Part shown: in pieces, positions 1 to 6,543 of the stretch
Layout: each line of letters opens with the position of its first letter
How positions within the stretch are numbered: position 1 is the stretch's first letter
Virus record (IMG/VR): IMGVR_UViG_3300010157_000054
Origin: an uncultured virus (IMG/VR IMGVR_UViG_3300010157_000054)
Taxonomy: Duplodnaviria > Heunggongvirae > Uroviricota > Caudoviricetes
DNA length: 20,000 nt
Direction: 5' to 3' (one strand)
Translations under genes and position numbers: made by a program
Notes under the pieces: model-generated
What the model saw: the letters and a program-made list of their open reading frames with translations, nothing else
What the model was told of the DNA's origin: nothing
Database searches by the model: none

Positions 1-313
1 TTGCATCTGGTGCTGGATCATATCGACCTCCCATAATTTCGTTGTAATACATTTTAGCTAATCGTTTAGCTGTACCTCGACTGTTAGGATCGCTTTCACG
101 ATCAATGAGCAATCGATCTAATACTACTTCAAACGCTTCAGTGGCTTCTTTAATTAAGATAGCCTTGTCTTCTTCACTAACATACTCACTGATGTTATCG
201 CCTGCCCAAAAGCGTTTGCCTTCTCGCTTCATTTTAAAGCGGATAGCATCTGCTAGATTAGCTTCTTCATAGCCCTTGTCGTCTATGTTATTATAATTTA
301 CTGGGTCACTCAA
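1..313 (-). CDS. folE: GTP cyclohydrolase I, N-terminal part (runs off the left edge; not in the ORF track)
   Basis: Manual translation from TTG at 313 (GGAG SD at 321-324): MSDPVNYNNIDDKGYEEANLADAIRFKMKREGKRFWAGDNISEYV...AFEVVLDRLLIDRESDPNSRGTAKRLAKMYYNEIMGGRYDPAPDA. The D-x-N-x-x-x-T-x-x-R-x-A-K-M-Y-x-x-E pattern is the FolE signature. Confidence 0.9.
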   Translation of the reverse strand, partial: MSDPVNYNNIDDKGYEEANLADAIRFKMKREGKRFWAGDNISEYVSEEDKAILIKEATEAFEVVLDRLLIDRESDPNSRGTAKRLAKMYYNEIMGGRYDPAPDA

Positions 314-354
314 TTTATTACTCCGATGTTAAGGCAGTGGATTGCCATATGTGT

Positions 355-383
355 ATTATACAATCTTATTTAGGTTTATTCAA
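355..383 (-). promoter_or_regulatory. sigma70-like promoter for folE
   Basis: Minus strand TTGAAT (383-378), 17-nt spacer, TATAAT (360-355) with extended -10 TG. The spacer contains AAACCTAAATA. Confidence 0.75.
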
Positions 384-581
384 GATATTTTCTGCTCGAA
401 GTTTGCGACAGCCTTCTTTAACAGCTATTGGATAGTCTGGGCTTATTTCAGATATTGAGCAGTCATATACTATTGTATCACCTTTTTTTGGTAGTGATAA
501 AAATATCATTGGTATTACTATTAGAACAGCAACAGCAATCACACCTATTTCTATAGTTTCTCGCTTAACAATATTTGACAT
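366..581 (-). CDS. small membrane-anchored hypothetical protein
   Basis: One hydrophobic segment (IGVIAVAVLIVIPMIFLSL) followed by YDC...CR; packed in the operon. Confidence 0.65.
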   Translation of the reverse strand: MSNIVKRETIEIGVIAVAVLIVIPMIFLSLPKKGDTIVYDCSISEISPDYPIAVKEGCRKLRAENILNKPK

Positions 582-805
582 AGGTCAGCATCCCTCTTTG
601 ATTTGAAATAAAATTCCATCTTGTCTTCGCTCGGGTGACTAGTAAATTTATCTCCCGGCAATCCAAATACTTCTAGAACGTCTATACATGCTTCATTCCA
701 CCAATATTTGTTTTGTCCCTTCCACGGAATTGCTACAATATATTGATAGCCATCGTCACGTGCTGGTATACGGCTATCCCAGTTAGCATGTTTTTTTGAG
801 TTCAT
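551..805 (-). CDS. hypothetical phage protein (probable start ATG 805)
   Basis: ORF track 551..871; the ATG at 805 minimises overlap with the upstream gene. Confidence 0.65.
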   Translation of the reverse strand: MNSKKHANWDSRIPARDDGYQYIVAIPWKGQNKYWWNEACIDVLEVFGLPGDKFTSHPSEDKMEFYFKSKRDADLCQILLSEKL

Positions 806-1364
806 CTTGAATCCTTTTAAAGACAAATCTGTTACCAACTTCTGTATAATGATTAATAGTACCCCGTTCACTGGCCCATAACGTACTAAGATTAATATTA
901 TGTTTTTCTATTGCTAGTGAATTAACAATTTCAACATGCGACAAACTAATATATGGAACAGCAATCATATCATGAATCTGCTTACGTAACAAATTATAAA
1001 TGTCAATTTGATATTCTTCGTCGTAATGGTATTTGAAAAAATTCTTTGCTGTGTATAGATTTGTATTAAACGGTCGGAAATGCTCAATTAAATCCGTAAG
1101 TATTAGATCACAATTTTTATGTAACCCAGATTTATGTATAGGATGATTATTAGTGTGTATCCTACTGGGACTAGTATGACTTACTATTACTAGATCAAAT
1201 TGGTTTATATCAACGCTACAAACTTGTTTATAAATTTTATATTCACCAATACCTGCTTGTGCTAGATTAGTTACCTGATGTTGTTCGGCAAGTAATCCTA
1301 CCCAACTTAAATTAGGTGTTGATAATTTAGTAGCAAAACTATCACCGGCAATTAAAATGTTCAT
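783..1364 (-). CDS. SGNH/GDSL-like hydrolase or acyltransferase
   Basis: N-terminal ILIAGDSFA (block I), NLAQAGIG (block II) and C-terminal INHYTEVGN (catalytic His region). Confidence 0.7.
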   Translation of the reverse strand: MNILIAGDSFATKLSTPNLSWVGLLAEQHQVTNLAQAGIGEYKIYKQVCSVDINQFDLVIVSHTSPSRIHTNNHPIHKSGLHKNCDLILTDLIEHFRPFNTNLYTAKNFFKYHYDEEYQIDIYNLLRKQIHDMIAVPYISLSHVEIVNSLAIEKHNINLSTLWASERGTINHYTEVGNRFVFKRIQDELKKTC

Positions 1365-1417
1365 ATAGTAACATACACGTAAGGGTAGTAGTTGACTATA
1401 AACACAGTCCTACTCAT
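1361..1417 (-). CDS. 18-aa mini-ORF MSRTVFIVNYYPYVYVTI bridging the HIT and SGNH genes
   Basis: ATG 1417 overlaps the HIT TGA (ATGA); its own TGA at 1361-1363 overlaps the SGNH ATG (ATGA). Confidence 0.4.
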   Translation of the reverse strand: MSRTVFIVNYYPYVYVTI

Positions 1418-1785
1418 TTTTTGTAATTTCCTTTTTCAGGTATAACATGTCTAACACCGCCACGTGGGTCTTCCATATCTCCGTTGCGTCTTGGAATCAT
1501 ATGTATGTGCGGATACATCACTGTTTGACCAGCTGCCGCACCGCAGTTTTGTCCAATATTATACCCGTCCCATTGTTCATTAATAATACCATCATACCCA
1601 AATTTATGTGCAGCTTTATAACAGGCAATAATGTTATCAAACTTTTCCTGTGTTGGTACAAACAATAAGTGCCCATCTGTAACAGCATACGCATCTCTAA
1701 AGACCCAAAAGTCTTTAGCTCTGTATTCGATTTCAGTCCATGGTGCTCGACGTTCGTCAAGTGCTTGTTCTAGATCTGTTTTCAT
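1414..1785 (-). CDS. HIT-family nucleotide hydrolase (probable start ATG 1785)
   Basis: FRDAYAVTDGHLLFVP and GYNIGQNCGAAAGQTVMYPHIHMIPRR; the first His of the triad is replaced by Tyr. Confidence 0.9.
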   Translation of the reverse strand: MKTDLEQALDERRAPWTEIEYRAKDFWVFRDAYAVTDGHLLFVPTQEKFDNIIACYKAAHKFGYDGIINEQWDGYNIGQNCGAAAGQTVMYPHIHMIPRRNGDMEDPRGGVRHVIPEKGNYKK

Positions 1786-1939
1786 TTTCCAAAAATTTAA
1801 TTTCGTCTTGAATATACTCACGGTACTCAGTTAGTACTCCCAACTTTCTTCCAGAGTCTCCTGTAGCCCTAAGTTTTTCTAAATCTTGATCTATAACTTT
1901 TAGTTTTGCTTTAAGATCGTCTACGGTTAACTCGCTCAT
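1757..1939 (-). CDS. small coiled-coil hypothetical protein
   Basis: 60 aa with heptad-like L/I pattern; ATGA overlap with the upstream gene. Confidence 0.65.
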   Translation of the reverse strand: MSELTVDDLKAKLKVIDQDLEKLRATGDSGRKLGVLTEYREYIQDEIKFLENENRSRTST

Positions 1940-2133
1940 TTGCTAGTTCCAAATCTTAATCCGCTAGCACTGCCTAATAGAATTGCAAATGCCGCCCAAG
2001 TTTCCCAAGTATATGGGATATGTAGGATAGGAAAGAGTGTATTTAAACTCCATATACCTAACAATGGTCCAATAGCGATAGCAAATACTATCAAAATAAT
2101 ACCTAAAATAAGTTTAATTAATGCTGATGTCAT
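1936..2133 (-). CDS. small two-TM membrane protein (probable start ATG 2133)
   Basis: Two hydrophobic segments around SLNTLFP...IPYTWETWAA; ATGA overlap with the PRTase stop. Confidence 0.7.
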   Translation of the reverse strand: MTSALIKLILGIILIVFAIAIGPLLGIWSLNTLFPILHIPYTWETWAAFAILLGSASGLRFGTSK

Positions 2134-2621
2134 AACCAATAATCCTCCCAAGGATAAACTAACCAACAATCTTCGTCTGCTTTATTAACTTCCCATACTG
2201 AGTAGTCTACATCTTCTTTGCTAGACAGGTTGTTCGTGAGTGTAGCAAAGCGTACAGTCTTGTGCCATATATCATTGTCCCAGCGTATAGCACTGGGCAA
2301 TGCTGATTCACGCCAGTCTTGTTTGATCCAGGCAATTGTGCTACCTTGGTCATTGATGTCATCTACTATAAGGATATTTTTACCTTCATACGCATCTTCT
2401 GCCATGCCGCAGTTGCTGACAGTATCGCCGCCATCACGCAAACTGATATCTAGGCTGTTCATCTTAATGCCAGTGTACTGACTCAGCAGATTAGCGGGAA
2501 CAAGACCTCCGCGACCAATACCTACAATGTAATCTGGACGCCAATTATGTACTGACATTTGCCTGGAAATTTCCAAGCAGGCACCCTCTACTTGCGACCA
2601 AGTATAGTAAATCTTTTTCAT
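2130..2621 (-). CDS. type I phosphoribosyltransferase, xanthine/guanine PRT (Gpt)-like
   Basis: PDYIVGIGRGGLVPA, PRPP-binding loop ILIVDDINDQGSTI, and C-terminal WLVYPWE typical of Gpt. Confidence 0.9.
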   Translation of the reverse strand: MKKIYYTWSQVEGACLEISRQMSVHNWRPDYIVGIGRGGLVPANLLSQYTGIKMNSLDISLRDGGDTVSNCGMAEDAYEGKNILIVDDINDQGSTIAWIKQDWRESALPSAIRWDNDIWHKTVRFATLTNNLSSKEDVDYSVWEVNKADEDCWLVYPWEDYWL

Positions 2622-2851
2622 GCTGTTAGTGCTGTAGCCAGAGTTGCCATTTCTTCTTTAGTCATAAAGAAATTATATACCGCTGTGTCTCGAACTTCGC
2701 CATCGAGCCCTAATGTTTGCTGTTCAAAGTCGACACTGAATAATCCTTTAGGCATTAGTACTTCGTGTTTTTTCAACACCAGACGAAATCCTTCGTGATC
2801 TTTAATAACTGTTTCCGTATAGGTATTTCTAATTGATTCATGTAGTTCCAT
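2618..2851 (-). CDS. hypothetical protein (probable start ATG 2851)
   Basis: AAGGAG SD upstream of ATG 2851; its stop overlaps the PRTase start. Confidence 0.65.
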   Translation of the reverse strand: MELHESIRNTYTETVIKDHEGFRLVLKKHEVLMPKGLFSVDFEQQTLGLDGEVRDTAVYNFFMTKEEMATLATALTA

Positions 2852-3227
2852 TTTCATCTCCTTTAATTGCTTCAAATGTTCTGTATTTGCCCAATGCTGT
2901 AATGTATTCGTTATACAGTTTCTTCAGCTTCGGATGCTTACGTTCTAGTATAACATCTCTTTCAGGAATTGCCAAGACTTTTTCAATGGTGTCTAACCGT
3001 TCTTCTAAATCTCGTCCGTTGATAACCATATTACCTTTAACTTCTATAGTAGGGGGATTAGTTTGATTAATCTTCATTACTGTGTCATACGGATTAGAAG
3101 GATTAGCCCAATTAGTTGTACCAGTACCTGTGGTTGTATAAATCTGCCCAGGTTGTCCGGTAGTATGTACCGTATTGTTTCCGTATAATACACTAGGCAT
3201 TTTTACGGTCGTCAAGATATTTGCCAT
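2838..3227 (-). CDS. hypothetical protein, Thr/Asn-rich N-terminus and helical C-terminus
   Basis: ORF track 2838..3248; probable ATG at 3227; C-terminus LEERLDTIEKVLAIPERD...HPKLKKLYNEY. Confidence 0.7.
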   Translation of the reverse strand: MANILTTVKMPSVLYGNNTVHTTGQPGQIYTTTGTGTTNWANPSNPYDTVMKINQTNPPTIEVKGNMVINGRDLEERLDTIEKVLAIPERDVILERKHPKLKKLYNEYITALGKYRTFEAIKGDENGTT

Positions 3228-3675
3228 TTGGTATCCATTTATTATCAACTAAAAAACCCCATTCTCTTTTTTGAGGACCTGGCATAAACAATGTCCAAGC
3301 AGTTACACTTTCTTTTAATTCAATACGATGATAACTGTTAGGACTACAGATGCGGAAATGCCCAGGACCTCTCCAATATTTTATTTCGTTAATCTTTTCG
3401 CCAAGGGTATTGAACACCGGCACCCATTCATAGTACCCACCTGCTAAAATTAAGGTAGCATACGGCCATGGATGATCATGGACATCGTCCGGATCACCTT
3501 TTAAAAACTTGTGTAGAAATATATTAAACGGAAACTTTTTTCGATCTTTAAGGAACAAGTAGTACCGTTCTAAGTATGGCTCGTTGTTCACACGATCCAT
3601 AATGATAATTTTACGACCACGTTTTTCTAACCATCTAAGGCTTTGCTCTTTGATCTTTTGGAGTATCATAGTCAT
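3193..3675 (-). CDS. cupin-fold metalloprotein (dioxygenase-like)
   Basis: Cupin motif 1 LHKF...DVHDHPW...LILAGGYYE and motif 2 RGPG...YHRIEL...WTLF. The exact start is uncertain. Confidence 0.75.
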   Translation of the reverse strand: MTMILQKIKEQSLRWLEKRGRKIIIMDRVNNEPYLERYYLFLKDRKKFPFNIFLHKFLKGDPDDVHDHPWPYATLILAGGYYEWVPVFNTLGEKINEIKYWRGPGHFRICSPNSYHRIELKESVTAWTLFMPGPQKREWGFLVDNKWIPNGKYLDDRKNA

Positions 3676-4051
3676 CTTTTACAAGTTTATAAACTGTCTT
3701 AAATTTTTCAAACGCTATTGCTAGCCCGGGATACTGTTTACACATCTCCTCAACTCTAGACCAATCTGGGAATTTGTTAATCCATTCGTCCCCGCCACTC
3801 CATATACTTGACATATCAATGCCACTAATAGTATTAATAGTAGAGCCATTAGTAAAACAAACAGACCCGGTACTAATTGTATTTGGATAACATGGAATAC
3901 ATGGATTAGTATAATATGCTAAACCTGAGGTAGATAATGTTATAGTGCTTAAATCAATAGTATTACTAGCATAACTATTATCAGTAAAAGTAATAGTGTC
4001 TCCACTACTTAATGTTGTTAAGTAATCCGTTTGCGCTAAAGAAGTTGTCAT
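3635..4051 (-). CDS. hypothetical protein, Ser/Thr-rich N-terminus and helical C-terminus
   Basis: GGAGG SD upstream; C-terminus VEEMCKQYPGLAIAFEKFKTVYKLVKDDY. Confidence 0.7.
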   Translation of the reverse strand: MTTSLAQTDYLTTLSSGDTITFTDNSYASNTIDLSTITLSTSGLAYYTNPCIPCYPNTISTGSVCFTNGSTINTISGIDMSSIWSGGDEWINKFPDWSRVEEMCKQYPGLAIAFEKFKTVYKLVKDDYDTPKDQRAKP

Positions 4052-5105
4052 GTAAAGCCTCCGCTTGTTTTTTAATGGACGGAATCATTTGTTGATAATT
4101 GTCCATGTACTGTATTATGCGTCCGCACAAGTCTGGACGAAATACTTCATACGCTTCAAAACTTTCAGTCCACTTGCTTGGGTATTTGAAAGTGTCAAAA
4201 TACATCTCGGTGTAGCTAAGTCTATCCGGCACCATAGGAACGGCATCTACTACTGCCCCTTCATAGCAACTGATGCCCAGCGTTTCTTGTAAGTTAGCAC
4301 TGAACACTAATTTAGCTTCACCTAATAATTTATGATATTCGTCTTTAGATAATGCTCGATCTTGGCAAACTACAAATTCATATTGTGGTAAGTGAGTAGC
4401 CAAGTCTCTAAAAATCTCAACTTGTTTCTCAGGAGCAATTCTGTGTGGGAATAGAATAAGATCACGCTTAGTCATATTTTTGTATGGGCTTAGTGTAGCA
4501 TCCATATATTCCATTGGCCAACCAGTACGCACAAACTTATCACTAAATGTACCGGCACGTAGTTCTGTCAAATCTTCTTCAAACCACGGATTCTCTGTTG
4601 GAAAATCATTTAATAGATTTGTAAACAGTAGCTCAATATGAAATTGTGTAGCAAAGTAATTATAGTCAAACGCCGCAAAGAATGATTTCTCAGCGTGTCT
4701 AACCCAGGGCTTGTTGCCAACAAGCCGCCCTAGGAAATCTTGAGGATCATAACTGCCAGCATGCCATAATCCATGTGTAGTCACAGGTATCTGTAACAGT
4801 TCACTCATGTACTTTAAGTTTATGATGCCAGGATGCCAAGCATCAGCAAAGATGAAGTGATCGCCAGGAGCCACTGATCCGGAGCAAAATAAACGACCCA
4901 TTTGCTCAACCTGACTAGCCTTGTATATATTGGTACCACCAAAATTAAGAAAAGCGCCTGGAGTAGTAGCCCGGGGAATATCCTCAGGGCCAGAGATAAT
5001 TTGAACATTATGTCCTGCCTTTGTAAGTAACTCCGGTACATGAGTTTTCCATTGACCTGTGTACCGGGTATCTACTGCTTCTAGATCAACGAGAAAAACA
5101 GTCAT
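4005..5105 (-). CDS. GT-B fold glycosyltransferase (GT4-like)
   Basis: ILFPHRIAPEKQ donor-binding loop and E-x7-E motif ETLGISCYE, followed by PMVPDRLSY; 366 aa. Confidence 0.85.
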   Translation of the reverse strand: MTVFLVDLEAVDTRYTGQWKTHVPELLTKAGHNVQIISGPEDIPRATTPGAFLNFGGTNIYKASQVEQMGRLFCSGSVAPGDHFIFADAWHPGIINLKYMSELLQIPVTTHGLWHAGSYDPQDFLGRLVGNKPWVRHAEKSFFAAFDYNYFATQFHIELLFTNLLNDFPTENPWFEEDLTELRAGTFSDKFVRTGWPMEYMDATLSPYKNMTKRDLILFPHRIAPEKQVEIFRDLATHLPQYEFVVCQDRALSKDEYHKLLGEAKLVFSANLQETLGISCYEGAVVDAVPMVPDRLSYTEMYFDTFKYPSKWTESFEAYEVFRPDLCGRIIQYMDNYQQMIPSIKKQAEALHDNFFSANGLLNNIK

Positions 5106-5362
5106 TAACTTTCTTGTCTGTTGTACGCTGGACGCGGATTTTTGCCTAGATACGGCTTACGCTCACCATTCCAAGACTTGCGTGGGCGTGTGCTACGCTC
5201 ATACGATTGCCAAACTTTTGCCCCTCTATTATACAGATCTGCTTCGTTAAACGGCAACATCTCAATACGACAAAAATCTAACAGCTTTTCAAGATCATCA
5301 AAGATCCGAACAACGTCAGGACGGTTTTCAAAGTATGCGTAGTCTTTGTAATTCTTAGCCAT
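5105..5362 (-). CDS. hypothetical protein with basic C-terminal tail
   Basis: GAGG SD upstream; TAATG stop/start overlap with the glycosyltransferase. Confidence 0.75.
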   Translation of the reverse strand: MAKNYKDYAYFENRPDVVRIFDDLEKLLDFCRIEMLPFNEADLYNRGAKVWQSYERSTRPRKSWNGERKPYLGKNPRPAYNRQES

Positions 5363-5376
5363 AATAGCCTCTTATT

Positions 5377-5772
5377 TTAATATTTAATGAACGAACCATT
5401 TTCTCCGTCTTCGGAGACCTCAATCCAAACCTCACGGTCTGGATACTTTTGTGAAATAGTGTCGTACAATTCGTCCGACATCATTTCGCAACTCTTATGA
5501 TCTAGCGACAAAACACCTTGTGCGCTAGAATACAGTTGTTCAAGCCATCGCTTGAACTGTATGAATTCCACATCTCTATCATTGTGGGTGACACTAAGCC
5601 ATACCCTAAAATGGAAAATATGACGATGAGGATTAGCAAGAAACGATACATCATATTGATCTCCTGTTGCTAGGTTAGGGTCTGTAGCGGCCGCAGGATA
5701 GCAATGAATGCCTTCCTTTTGAAATGTGACCCAAATCATTTTAAGCGGGCGAATGTCTTGTTTAATAATCAT
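5377..5772 (-). CDS. QueD/6-pyruvoyl-tetrahydropterin synthase-like T-fold protein
   Basis: Zn-ligand-like GIH...PHRHIFH, EFIQFKRWL, SCEMMS (cf. PTAENIA) and IEVSED (cf. VxVxE). Confidence 0.7.
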   Translation of the reverse strand: MIIKQDIRPLKMIWVTFQKEGIHCYPAAATDPNLATGDQYDVSFLANPHRHIFHFRVWLSVTHNDRDVEFIQFKRWLEQLYSSAQGVLSLDHKSCEMMSDELYDTISQKYPDREVWIEVSEDGENGSFIKY

Positions 5773-6311
5773 TTTATAATTTGGTCGTTAGTGTAGTCAG
5801 TCCACGGAGTGAACTTACTACGGTCTTTAAGAGTGTGTAGACTATGTGACCACACACCAGGATTAGTAGCATTAAAATCTTTATCGTCAATTTTAATCAT
5901 CGTATTATAATTCCATAATTTAATGTAGGGAATTGGAACTCTTATCTGCGGAATAAAATTATTATGATCATTTAATCCGCCATCATTGAATTCTTCTACT
6001 TGATTTAAGGGAATATCTAAACTACACCAGTAGCCTTGCTCGAGAAAATATGTAATCATATCTTCCCATAGTTTATGTTCATCATATCCGTTGGGATTAA
6101 AACTATGATTAGCACCAAAGAAAATATGCTTAATATGTTTACTAGTATCAAGCAAACAATTCTCATCTCCGAGGATATGCTCGATTGCTTGCTCGTTTTG
6201 AACACCAGTTACAAATAGTGTACGCATACCGAATGTAGGTGTATGCTCGACTTCATTACCAATAAAGAAATCTACGTTATCACTCACACCGTCTTTATAG
6301 TCACGCTTCAT
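5769..6311 (-). CDS. conserved-looking hypothetical protein; N-terminus resembles QueE but has no radical-SAM cysteines
   Basis: FFIGNEVEHTPTFGMRTLFVTG resembles the QueE F-x-S-x-Q-G-E-G-x3-G-x3-x-F-V-R pattern; no CxxxCxxC motif. Confidence 0.5.
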   Translation of the reverse strand: MKRDYKDGVSDNVDFFIGNEVEHTPTFGMRTLFVTGVQNEQAIEHILGDENCLLDTSKHIKHIFFGANHSFNPNGYDEHKLWEDMITYFLEQGYWCSLDIPLNQVEEFNDGGLNDHNNFIPQIRVPIPYIKLWNYNTMIKIDDKDFNATNPGVWSHSLHTLKDRSKFTPWTDYTNDQIIK

Positions 6312-6543
6312 TTTTAGTTTGCTCGTAAAGTTTAAACATTCGAGTCACGTCTTCCATGCGTTCAGCAAAATGCTCAGGAGCACCTCGAGCCGCCGCTTTC
6401 ATGTCATATTCTTCGGGATAGTGTCGTAAACAAGCTCGAGCACCGTCTTTGATTGCTTTTGGAACTCGGGGAGTAGTCAGGATCTCTAATAGAAATCTTT
6501 TAGTTTGTACTACTGCTCGATATCTTTCATCTGGTAATGTCAT
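6301..6543 (-). CDS. BPSL0761-family-like small protein
   Basis: The pattern MTLPDERYRAV..T..FL..I...P.VP..I...AR.CLRHYP matches my recollection of this family. Confidence 0.65.
   Translation of the reverse strand: MTLPDERYRAVVQTKRFLLEILTTPRVPKAIKDGARACLRHYPEEYDMKAAARGAPEHFAERMEDVTRMFKLYEQTKNEA

Noticed and set aside
314..354. Canonical preQ1 riboswitch upstream of folE
   Set aside because: It lacks the class I loop consensus and A-rich tail; kept only as a low-interest hairpin.
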